Shown: positions 24,237-32,803 of the stretch, piece by piece
Layout of the letters: the number at the start of each line of letters is the position of its first letter
Position numbering within the stretch: the stretch's first letter is position 1
Virus record (IMG/VR): IMGVR_UViG_3300037781_000204
Coordinates: 1-32,803 of that record
Length of the DNA stretch: 32,803 nt
From: a virus
Lineage: Duplodnaviria > Caudoviricetes
Strand: one strand, 5' to 3'
Program-made: the position numbers and the translations under genes
Notes under the pieces: model-generated
Seen by the model: only the letters and a program-made list of their open reading frames with translations
Database searches by the model: none
Told to the model about the DNA's origin: nothing

Positions 24237-24495
24237 TATAGAAGCTTTAGAGCGCATAACATCGCGATATAGCATATTCCAGATAAGTCAAGATGAAAAG
24301 AAAGAATTTGATGCTGAAATGTATCTAGATTACGATATTTCAAACTTTGAACTAATAGCAAGAAGACTATCAAAAGGTGACAATCAAGAGTATAACAGAC
24401 TTTTAAATGACGTTCCAATATCAGAAGTAATAAAATTATTCGCTATCGATGCTGCTATGAATTACGCAGAATACAAGAATGCTGAGCAGAAATAG
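24187..24495 (+). CDS. Frameshift extension of the tail chaperone (T-like)
   Basis: Overlaps the 23703 ORF in the +1 frame, has no RBS, ends 24 nt before the tape measure. Confidence 0.65.
   Translation: MSWGVKKRNFFAELNSDIEALERITSRYSIFQISQDEKKEFDAEMYLDYDISNFELIARRLSKGDNQEYNRLLNDVPISEVIKLFAIDAAMNYAEYKNAEQK
24210..24235 (+). other. Programmed frameshift signal (AAA TTT TTT C plus hairpin)
   Basis: T6C run in the overlap of ORFs offset by +1; CAGAGT-TAA-ACTCTG hairpin directly downstream. Confidence 0.65.
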
Positions 24496-24507
24496 TTCAG
24501 CATTTTT
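24478..24507 (+). terminator. Terminator-like hairpin before the tape measure
   Basis: AATGCTGAGC-7nt-GTTCAGCATT (10 bp, one G-U) followed by TTT. Confidence 0.45.
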
Positions 24508-24519
24508 CATATAAGAACT

Positions 24520-27500
24520 ATGGCAACTAACATATTAAATATTGACATAATCCCAAAGCTACAGACATCAGCAGTTACTGATGTACAAAAGCGACTAAAA
24601 TCTATATTAGGTAATGAAACTGATGTAGAAATTGATATTGATGTCGATGACAAGAAAGTAAAGGATTCATTCAAAGATTTACCTGACGATGCAAAGAAAG
24701 CCGGAGATGATTCAGGTAAGAAGTTCGGATCTTCTTTTGCTTCAGGTGCTAAAAAACTAATTGCAGGTGCGGCAATTTTGGGTGGGCTTACAGCTGCTTT
24801 TTCTGCTGTCAAATCAGCAAGTGAAGATTTTATCAACTTGGAACAAAATGTACGTAACATCTCTACTCTAGGTGTTAATGTAGATGGTTTACTTGGTAAA
24901 TTATCAGAATCAGGTAAGCAATTACCATTAGAACTCAATGGTATAGCTGAAGGTTATTACAACGCAATATCCGGTGGTGTTACTGGAACGCAGGAACAAG
25001 TAATAGACTTCGTAGAAGTTGTGGGTAAAACAGCTGTCGGTGGTTTAGCTGAAGTAGCTGATGCAACAAATACATTTACAAATGTTATGAACTCATATAA
25101 TGTTGGTGCTGAAGCTGCAGAAAATATCAGTAATGGATTATTCGCAAGTGTTCAGTTTGGTAGTCAAACATTCAATGAGTTATCTAGTGCATTGCCTGCA
25201 GTAACTTCTGATGCTGCTAGTTTAGGAGTAGAATTCAATGAAGTGTCAGGTATAATGGCGCAATTGTCTAAGACTACTGAATCATCTAGTGTAGCATCTA
25301 CTAAGTTCAAAGCACTACTAATTGAATTACAAAAACCTACAGGTGAGCTTAAAAAATTCTATGCTGAGCTTGGTTTGTCTGCTCAGGATGTTCAAGAAAA
25401 GATAAAAGAACAAGGCTTAGCAAATACATTAAATGAGTTAGAACAAGCAGCTTCAGGAAGTGGAAAGCAGTTCAATCTATTATTTGGTTCTGCAGAGGCA
25501 GGTTCTGCAGCACTAAAATTAACTGGTGAAAACGCTGAGGTAACAGCAAAAACTCTTAGAGATGTAAATCAAGCTATAGAAGATGGAGCAGCTACGACAG
25601 CTTATGAAAAGAATTTAGGTAGTCTGCAAAATCAATTAAAGTTAGCTAAAAACAATATACAGGCTACATTCAATACAGCATTCACTGCAGTTCTTCCTGT
25701 CGTAAATCAGTTACTGACGGATATTACTCCAATTCTAAGTGGTTTACTAGACGGTATTGCTCCTGTATTAAGTGGACTTGGTGAAACACTAACACCAATA
25801 CTTAAAAATGTATTCGATCTAATCACTCCAATTATAGACATAATTGCAAATCAATTAGCTCCTACAATATTTAATTTGATTGGAATAATTGCTCAGCTAT
25901 TTGAACCCATTGGAGCAATCATAACTCCTATAATCAATGCTCTTTCATCAGTATTAGCTGAAGTATTACCAGTAATTGAAGAATTAGTAGAAGTACTAGT
26001 TGCTGAATTAAGTGAAGCATTATTACAAATAGCACCATTGATTGAAGTATTAGCTGAAGCTCTAGGAAGTGTTTTAGCAGATGTATTGAAATTAGTAGCA
26101 AAGATCTTAACTCAAGTTGTTTCGAATGCAGGAGGTTTGATAAATGCGCTACTAGGATTGCTGCAAATACTGACACCAGTAATTGAACTAGTTTTAAAGC
26201 TAGCAACTACTATTATCTCAGTAGGTGTTACAGCTTTCTCTGCATTAATAGATGTAGTTGGTAACGTCGTAGGTTTAATTTCTGATTTAGTTACTGAATT
26301 AGTAGGTGTGGTTACTGCTATAGGTGAGTTCTTTGGTATAATAGAAAAGAAAGTACCTGAAGCACCATTCAAAAAGACTGCTGATGATGCTGAGGTAGCA
26401 ACTACTAAGGTTCAAGATTTGAATAAAGAGCTAGAGAAGAAAGAACCAATTGATAATAATAACAAGCTGAACGAATCACTTAAAGATACATCTAAAAAGA
26501 CTAAAGACAATACAAAATATGTAGTAGAATACTTCAAAGCTTTTAAGGAAGGTCAAGATGATCTACTGAGAATGGCCAAAATAGAAGATGAAATAACCAG
26601 GATAAGAGAAGAAAGAAGTAAGAATATAAATGATGAGATAGTTGAACAAGAAAGAAATATAGACTCTCTTTTAGAGAGAAAGCTGAAGTTAGAACAATCA
26701 TTAGCAGACGGTTTTGTAATAAAAGAAGATGGCAGCAAGATAAAAATTAAAGCTGATGAACGAGTAGACCTTCAGGAAATGCTTTCTAATTTGAATAGTG
26801 ATCTACAGTTTGAATCAGCTAATCTACGTAAGCTACAGATTACGGCCGAAATAGATGAAAAAAAGCTAAAAGAAGAAACTGAAGCTACAGTTGCTAAGCT
26901 GCAAAGAGAAAGATTAGAATTAGAGGTCGATATGGATATCAGACCTAAAACTGATCTACTAGATGCATATAGACAAGATCTATTGGAGTTGGATGTAGCT
27001 ATAACTGGCGCTGGCACAATAGAACAAGAAAAGCTACAGAACGAACGATTAAAAAAGCTAAAACAAATACATGAAATTGAGAAAGAGCTAAATAGAACGG
27101 CTGCAGAAAAAGCAGCTGAAGAATATAGCCGTAGTTTTAATGCTGTTGTTGATAGTTTCAGAGATTCACTTGATACTGCCTTTGAATCCGTAAGTCCAAA
27201 TACTGAAAGAATAGATGCTATAAATGCAGAAATAGAGGCGCTGGAAGACAAAAGGATAAAAACCTTAAACGATTATAAAGAAGGAATAATCAGTGCCAAA
27301 GAATACAATGATAGAATATCAGAAATTGAAGAAGATAGAGTAAATAAAGTTAAGGAACTGAATAACTCTCAGTTCAATAGTTTCAAGATATTAGCAGATG
27401 GATTAGCAAAAGCATTCACAACCGTTTCTGATCAGTACGCAGAAATGGCTAAGACTAATATACAGACCATTAAGAAGCTAAGTAAACAAGAAGAAGAATA

Positions 27501-28416
27501 TCAAGAGCTACAGAGCAAGGGAGTAGAAATTCCGGAAGCTTTACAAAAAGCTCATGAAGAATATGGCCAAGCAGCTACAGATGCTTATAACCAATTAGGA
27601 GTTTCTGCAGGGTCTACATTAGCAGCATTATTAGTACAAGGTGAATTGACGGCTAAATCATTCTTAGGTTTGGCACTTGACACTATGAATCAAGTAATGA
27701 CAATCTACATTGCTGAGATAGTAGCTATTTCATCAGCACAATTGGGACCTATAGCAGGACCAATTGCAGCTGCAGTAGCAATTGCTGGTGTGCAAGGTTT
27801 GATTGCTATAGCTAAGTCTAAAGTTGGTGGTGCTTCTAGAGGTGTGTTTGAACTGAACGAGTCAAATATGGGTTCACCTGGCCACGGTGATGATATTCCT
27901 ATGATGGTAAGAAGAAGGGAAACAATTATACCACCTGAGATAACAGATGCCAACCCTGTAATTGCTGCTATAATGCGTGATAGAATGACTGAGGAACAGT
28001 ATTATAACAATGTTTACTTGCCAAAGAAACTTGCTGGATTTAAGATAGACATGCCAAGCTTGGGTATGGCCGTAATGCCTGCAGAGCTAAATGAAAAAGC
28101 ACTAAAACAACTTAGAGAATCTGCAAAAAAAGTAGAAATGCTGAATAGTAGATTTGACAAAATAGACCATGAGAGACTATCGGTCGCTATTTCAAGAATG
28201 AAGCAAGATAATAGGGAAAATACTCTGCAGACTAAAATGTTATCTGAGATTTCAAATAAACTATCTGAAGGTAACGAGAAACTAAGTAAGGATGTAAGAC
28301 AATTGAGAAGTGATTTTGACCACAAAACTACAGTAAATCTAGAAGGAAAATTCAAATTTGAAGATGGATCATTACAGGCAGTACTAAAGCAACGTGAAAG
28401 GAGATTAGTTACATGA
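24520..28416 (+). CDS. Tail tape measure protein (TP901-family core)
   Basis: 1298 aa; IAEGYYNAISGG...TAVGG...GSQTFNEL core, 11-aa Pro-spaced amphipathic repeats, coiled coil, GPIAGPIAAA and GDDIPMMVRRRE motifs. Confidence 0.92.
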   Translation: MATNILNIDIIPKLQTSAVTDVQKRLKSILGNETDVEIDIDVDDKKVKDSFKDLPDDAKKAGDDSGKKFGSSFASGAKKLIAGAAILGGLTAAFSAVKSASEDFINLEQNVRNISTLGVNVDGLLGKLSESGKQLPLELNGIAEGYYNAISGGVTGTQEQVIDFVEVVGKTAVGGLAEVADATNTFTNVMNSYNVGAEAAENISNGLFASVQFGSQTFNELSSALPAVTSDAASLGVEFNEVSGIMAQLSKTTESSSVASTKFKALLIELQKPTGELKKFYAELGLSAQDVQEKIKEQGLANTLNELEQAASGSGKQFNLLFGSAEAGSAALKLTGENAEVTAKTLRDVNQAIEDGAATTAYEKNLGSLQNQLKLAKNNIQATFNTAFTAVLPVVNQLLTDITPILSGLLDGIAPVLSGLGETLTPILKNVFDLITPIIDIIANQLAPTIFNLIGIIAQLFEPIGAIITPIINALSSVLAEVLPVIEELVEVLVAELSEALLQIAPLIEVLAEALGSVLADVLKLVAKILTQVVSNAGGLINALLGLLQILTPVIELVLKLATTIISVGVTAFSALIDVVGNVVGLISDLVTELVGVVTAIGEFFGIIEKKVPEAPFKKTADDAEVATTKVQDLNKELEKKEPIDNNNKLNESLKDTSKKTKDNTKYVVEYFKAFKEGQDDLLRMAKIEDEITRIREERSKNINDEIVEQERNIDSLLERKLKLEQSLADGFVIKEDGSKIKIKADERVDLQEMLSNLNSDLQFESANLRKLQITAEIDEKKLKEETEATVAKLQRERLELEVDMDIRPKTDLLDAYRQDLLELDVAITGAGTIEQEKLQNERLKKLKQIHEIEKELNRTAAEKAAEEYSRSFNAVVDSFRDSLDTAFESVSPNTERIDAINAEIEALEDKRIKTLNDYKEGIISAKEYNDRISEIEEDRVNKVKELNNSQFNSFKILADGLAKAFTTVSDQYAEMAKTNIQTIKKLSKQEEEYQELQSKGVEIPEALQKAHEEYGQAATDAYNQLGVSAGSTLAALLVQGELTAKSFLGLALDTMNQVMTIYIAEIVAISSAQLGPIAGPIAAAVAIAGVQGLIAIAKSKVGGASRGVFELNESNMGSPGHGDDIPMMVRRRETIIPPEITDANPVIAAIMRDRMTEEQYYNNVYLPKKLAGFKIDMPSLGMAVMPAELNEKALKQLRESAKKVEMLNSRFDKIDHERLSVAISRMKQDNRENTLQTKMLSEISNKLSEGNEKLSKDVRQLRSDFDHKTTVNLEGKFKFEDGSLQAVLKQRERRLVT

Positions 28417-28922
28417 ACGAATGGAAAATAGTATTGTTTGCTTCGGACAATCCAGACGAACCTGATCATGCAACAGCAAAACAAGGTGAGTATGAGTTTA
28501 ACATATTGACATTATACCCAAAAGATGTATTAGTATCGGATATTCCTAGGAAAGCCGACGGTTCGCTAGATAACAAAGCATTACTGAGAACTGTATTAGA
28601 AGTGGAGTTCTTACCATTCTATATTAAGACAGCTAAAAAGGATTTTCAGCAGGACATAAATGAATTGATATTGCTAAAAAAGATGCTGAGACAACCTTAT
28701 TTAGTAGTCAAATCATGTGATTTACCAGCTTGGGCTGATGGTCCTTCTAACTTCACGAATGAATATGAGCTGCCAGCTATAGTAAGATGGAATCACGAAG
28801 GTTCAGAGACTGTAAACAAAGAAGAAAAACAGATAGAATTCAATATAGAATTAGAGTTTGAATTCTTAAAAGGTGAAGAACAAACCACGCCAACGACCAC
28901 AACAGATACATATACTTATTAG
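28413..28922 (+). CDS. Putative distal tail protein
   Basis: ATGA-coupled to the tape measure; size and position fit. Confidence 0.5.
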   Translation: MNEWKIVLFASDNPDEPDHATAKQGEYEFNILTLYPKDVLVSDIPRKADGSLDNKALLRTVLEVEFLPFYIKTAKKDFQQDINELILLKKMLRQPYLVVKSCDLPAWADGPSNFTNEYELPAIVRWNHEGSETVNKEEKQIEFNIELEFEFLKGEEQTTPTTTTDTYTY

Positions 28923-28925
28923 GCT

Positions 28926-31115
28926 ATGGGATTAAACACTAAATATCAAACAACAATAGGATACTTAGGTAAAACTAGGTATTACTTTGAGATTAGACCA
29001 TTTGATACTACTCATTATACAGACCCTGCGACAATACAAGAGTTTCCATTGAGTGCATTCAATGATGATTGGGATTTTGAGGAATCAGCAAATGATGATA
29101 AGTTAGGAATACAGTCACCAGCAAGTGTAAATCTGAAGATAGACATAACTAAATTACCTGGAGACCTGAAAAACTATATACTATATCCATATCAAGAGGT
29201 TGATCTGACAACCTTTTTCCCATACTCAGTACCAAGCTTTGTTAACGTACCAAAATACAGAGCTTCTACAGTTATACTGTTCAAAACTGATAATGGTGAC
29301 GATACTATGCTGAAAGAAGACTTTGTAATCAATAAGAAATTCGCACTAAAACCGAGTAAAACTACTATCCACAATATATATAATACTACTGAATACAAAT
29401 CACATATAGTAGATGTGATACTAGTAGATTTATTCAGAGTAGTACACGAAGGAATGCATCCTATATATTATACCTGGTTAGCTTATAATGATATTGAGAA
29501 TAATACTATAACTACTCCTAAGCAAGTGGAACATGTATATGATTATGTATATAGCGACCACGGTCCAGTAAGTGATTTTGAGAATGTACAAGTATATAGT
29601 AGAACAAACTTCTATGATCCAGTAGTAACTACTATTGATGGATATAATATTCAAGATGGTGACTTAGTGTTATATCATCCATTTGATGCTAGTGTAATAG
29701 AAGTATGGCAATATGATCTATCCGGTAATCAGTATGTACTAGTTAAGAAGCTAGTAAACGGCAGTATAAGACCTGGAGATAGTTTTGGAGTCATAAATGG
29801 TACTTTAGGTGGTGGTCGAGCTTTGAAAGTGGTATATAATGAAGTAACTGATGGATACACTACAAAGTCAAGATACATACTGAAAGAGATTGATAATAAC
29901 CTTACTCTAGAAAGAGTAATAGCAATATTGGATGGTAATTTTAATGAGATGCAAGCATATTACTTTCCTGTTAACAGCATGAAAGATTACTATGAGTATG
30001 TATTCGATTTCATCTACAAAATGCAAATGAGAGTAGCACAATCTGATACAGACCACAAACTAATTATCGATGGTAGCATATTAGAAGCATATACATACAA
30101 GAGACAGGACTATTCCAGAAAATATGGTAGTGGCGTTTTCCTAGGATCTAATGAGATTTATTTTTGTGGCCTAGTAGAAAACGGAGGTGTTTACACAGGC
30201 GGTTTTTATGCTGAGAATGATGATAGTTATGGTATTTATGAATATAGTAATATGTGGGATTTTCACGAACTACTAAAAGGACAGTGTTTGTGGGTAAGCT
30301 ATAGAGATGATGATAAACTATATCGAATGACACTAGATAACTTTACTGCAGATCCTGGTGTGGCAAAACATGTACTAGAAATGCCTATATTTAGTAATGG
30401 TGGTTTGACTATAGAAGAAAACGATGAGACTCAAAGAGGTGTTATTGTCAATATAAATACTGATAATGACAATAAGAATGAATTCCAATGGATAAAACAG
30501 GGTACTATATTCGAAAGTGAGTTATCAATTAAGAAATTGTTTCATAATATGCCAACTATGGCACTAGATGCTGAAGGTCTAATCGATACAAAAAACTATC
30601 CGGAGTTAAAAAGCAGTTTAACTAGGGAAGTATATAAATATAACTATCCTGCAATGCCATTTGATAGCCAAAAATTAGTTTATTTCGCGACACCGACATC
30701 TATAGCTGATAGTGAGATGTGTATAAGAGTGCATAGCGACTGCAAAATCGACTTAGGATTTGATGAAACGAATTATGTCTATCAAACGCCGGTACTACCT
30801 ATAGAAGACGATGTAATAACAGGTATACAAACAATGTCAGTATTGCTGCAGAAATATTCATGTGATACTAACAATACGGCCAAAAAACTATCAGAGTATT
30901 TCACTAAAGAAGGTAGACCATCATTAGAATTAGAAATTCCAATAGAAGATGCACTAAAATTAGTAATGTATCAACAAGTAGACTTAGATTATACTGCTTA
31001 TCTAATAGATGGATTAGGTCCAGCACCATTGAGTTATAACTATTTCGTATTGCTCAGTATGTCCTACAAAAGAAACTCACCAAATGCATCAATCAAAATG
31101 TCAGGTAGGTTCTAA
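28926..31115 (+). CDS. Putative tail tip/hub protein with inserted domain
   Basis: 729 aa after the distal tail gene; contains a TTIDG...DGDLVL domain like that in the next gene. Confidence 0.55.
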   Translation: MGLNTKYQTTIGYLGKTRYYFEIRPFDTTHYTDPATIQEFPLSAFNDDWDFEESANDDKLGIQSPASVNLKIDITKLPGDLKNYILYPYQEVDLTTFFPYSVPSFVNVPKYRASTVILFKTDNGDDTMLKEDFVINKKFALKPSKTTIHNIYNTTEYKSHIVDVILVDLFRVVHEGMHPIYYTWLAYNDIENNTITTPKQVEHVYDYVYSDHGPVSDFENVQVYSRTNFYDPVVTTIDGYNIQDGDLVLYHPFDASVIEVWQYDLSGNQYVLVKKLVNGSIRPGDSFGVINGTLGGGRALKVVYNEVTDGYTTKSRYILKEIDNNLTLERVIAILDGNFNEMQAYYFPVNSMKDYYEYVFDFIYKMQMRVAQSDTDHKLIIDGSILEAYTYKRQDYSRKYGSGVFLGSNEIYFCGLVENGGVYTGGFYAENDDSYGIYEYSNMWDFHELLKGQCLWVSYRDDDKLYRMTLDNFTADPGVAKHVLEMPIFSNGGLTIEENDETQRGVIVNINTDNDNKNEFQWIKQGTIFESELSIKKLFHNMPTMALDAEGLIDTKNYPELKSSLTREVYKYNYPAMPFDSQKLVYFATPTSIADSEMCIRVHSDCKIDLGFDETNYVYQTPVLPIEDDVITGIQTMSVLLQKYSCDTNNTAKKLSEYFTKEGRPSLELEIPIEDALKLVMYQQVDLDYTAYLIDGLGPAPLSYNYFVLLSMSYKRNSPNASIKMSGRF

Positions 31116-32803
31116 TGGCTAATATATTGCATAATAAGAATAGAAGATCATTTTACGAAGGTAAAAGCAAGATAAGAGGGACTACTGTATTAGCTAATCA
31201 TGTACAAAGAGTCCAGAATAGCTCAAAATCACAAATTACATGTAAATATGTTACATTGGTAAATAAGTCATTAACAGGCAGCACTACTATAGATGGGGTT
31301 TCACCAACTAGTAGTGATAGAATACTAGTGGCCAACCAAACCGACAAAAAGCAAAACGGAGTATATACATATAATGATAGTGGTGACTGGGTACTTGAAA
31401 AAATAATAGAACCAGGTGTGCTAATAACTATAACTGGAGGAACTAAGCAAGGCACAGCATGGCTAGTAGAGACACCAAGCTTTACGATAGGCAGTGACAA
31501 TATATCTATAGTAGAACACTCACTAAATAGAAAAGGAAGTGATTTTGATAGCTTCTCATCATTAACTGCTGCAGATGAAGATTTACTTTTAGCTGAAGAT
31601 TACTCAGATTCATACAACAAAAAGAGTATTACACTATCAGCACTGAAAACATTCTTAAATTACCTCAGTAAAGCAGCTAATCAGTTTGCTAATTTTGGAA
31701 ATGTAACACCTGAAGTAACTGATGTTCTTCTAATAGAAGATGCAGATGATTCTTTCAATAAAAAGAACATAACTATAGCTGATTTGCTTGATTTAGTGCC
31801 TGCAGGACTATTAGTAGCAGAAAAAACACTATATGTATCTCCTACATTTCCTAACAGTAATCAGATGTTCAGTACTTTGACAGCTGCTATTGCTTATGCT
31901 GATTCTATTGGTAGTGAACATACTATTAAGCTATATAGAGGTGATTGGGTTGGAAATTACAACTTAGGAATCCATAATTTAGACATGATGCCTGGTGCTG
32001 TAATAGAACAAAATGATTCATCTATTCCAGCATTAGCATTAGGAGGTGGTGACTTAACTGGTTCTGGACAAATAACAGATGGAGGAGTTACAGGAACTGC
32101 TTACTTAGTAGATGTAACTGAGGATGCTAGAATAGAAGCAAAATCTATCTATGGAGACTATGGAGCTATCAATTTATCTGGTTTTGCTGGAGGCTCTGGA
32201 CGATATATAGAAATTGAAGTTGATAACCTTGGTAAAGTTAACTATGATTCATCATCAGCACCAGTATATGTTAAGATGGATGTAGGATTGCTTAGTGATA
32301 TAGATATAGATGGCAATGCAGGTGCAACATTCAATATAATAGCAAAAGAATTCTTAGGAACAGCTACACTCAATAGCAGTAAAGTCTATATGGAAGTACA
32401 GCAATTCCTAACTGAGGATACAAGAGTAATAGATGTAGATGGTGCTGATGCAGTAATCAAAGGTAGATTAGAAAACTATGATGACACAACCAGCAATACT
32501 ACAGGCGTTGGTTATCCAATAATAATAACATCTGGATCATTGAGAGTATTTGATTTCCAAGCTAAGAATCAATCAGGAGGTATATTGTGGGGAACTGCTG
32601 GAACTGTAGTTATGGCTAATGCAATATTCATATCTGGTACAGTAGGTGGTGGATTAAATGAGTATCCTATAGATGCACCAGGTCCATCATTACCATTATT
32701 AGTAGTATTTAGTACACGCTGTGGAATGAATAGAACTGTAAACCCAAATGTTAATCAAGTGACAGCAGGAAATAGGATAGTAGACACAGGATTGTTAATA
32801 TAA
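31115..32803 (+). CDS. Tail fibre/spike with probable beta-helix domain
   Basis: TTIDGV...DRILVANQTDKKQNGVY domain, two shaft repeats, then TLYVSP...FSTLTAAI...IKLYRG beta-helix cap and G/I/D-rich strands. Confidence 0.75.
   Translation: MANILHNKNRRSFYEGKSKIRGTTVLANHVQRVQNSSKSQITCKYVTLVNKSLTGSTTIDGVSPTSSDRILVANQTDKKQNGVYTYNDSGDWVLEKIIEPGVLITITGGTKQGTAWLVETPSFTIGSDNISIVEHSLNRKGSDFDSFSSLTAADEDLLLAEDYSDSYNKKSITLSALKTFLNYLSKAANQFANFGNVTPEVTDVLLIEDADDSFNKKNITIADLLDLVPAGLLVAEKTLYVSPTFPNSNQMFSTLTAAIAYADSIGSEHTIKLYRGDWVGNYNLGIHNLDMMPGAVIEQNDSSIPALALGGGDLTGSGQITDGGVTGTAYLVDVTEDARIEAKSIYGDYGAINLSGFAGGSGRYIEIEVDNLGKVNYDSSSAPVYVKMDVGLLSDIDIDGNAGATFNIIAKEFLGTATLNSSKVYMEVQQFLTEDTRVIDVDGADAVIKGRLENYDDTTSNTTGVGYPIIITSGSLRVFDFQAKNQSGGILWGTAGTVVMANAIFISGTVGGGLNEYPIDAPGPSLPLLVVFSTRCGMNRTVNPNVNQVTAGNRIVDTGLLI
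31532..31790 (+). repeat. Two approx. 46-aa tandem protein repeats in the fibre
   Basis: FDSF...DLLLAEDYSDSYNKKSITLSAL versus FANF...DVLLIEDADDSFNKKNITIADL. Confidence 0.75.

Larger units (their letters stand above)
1..32803. mobile_element. Mu-like transposable phage/prophage with siphovirus-type tail (partial; ends not in window)
   Basis: Transposase, GemA-like and Gam-like early genes, Mu-type portal/gpG/gp36 neck genes, terminase, capsid, lysis and tape-measure genes. No host housekeeping context and no tail sheath. Confidence 0.9.

Noticed and set aside
24507-28484. Several antisense ORFs within the tape measure (and similar ones elsewhere)
   Set aside because: Shadow frames of long genes, Ser/Leu/Phe-rich, with no RBS or motifs.
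31115-32803. Diversity-generating retroelement target
   Set aside because: No reverse transcriptase and no template/variable repeat pair seen in the window.
1-32803. CRISPR array, alternative genetic code, Mu end repeats
   Set aside because: No spaced repeats; genes are full length and densely packed in the standard code; the window is cut at gene boundaries so ends are not visible.

Overview
The whole 32.8-kb, AT-rich window is the body of one tailed phage or prophage that appears to replicate by transposition (Mu-like). It starts at an ATG and stops at a TAA, so the genome ends, repressor and distal tail genes are not visible. Early operon (+, 1-12024): two small Ner/Cro-position genes, a MuA/TnsB-type transposase, small helical proteins, GemA-like and Gam-like genes, an orphan ParB-domain protein, a Zn-ribbon regulator, a misplaced MuF/gp7-type head protein, a full-length DnaB helicase and small accessory ORFs, ending at a strong terminator. 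Inverted block (-, 12055-16872): adaptor, tail terminator, TerS, TerL, Mu gp29-like portal and gpG-like protein. It diverges from the (+) block carrying scaffold, P22-coat-like capsid, fibre plus chaperone, lysis genes and a sheath-less siphovirus tail. Most notable points: no MuB/TnsC ATPase is visible, and its slot holds three SHOCT-like mini-proteins. The transposase has a D-E-E triad and an acidic Phe-ending tail, and the phage carries its own DnaB and ParB. There is a dyad-symmetric divergent late control region, two structured intergenic RNAs (18626-18713, 22017-22125), a +1/-2 tail-chaperone frameshift and a LITAF-like mini-protein missed by the ORF track. All family assignments come from motif recognition by eye, not database searches.
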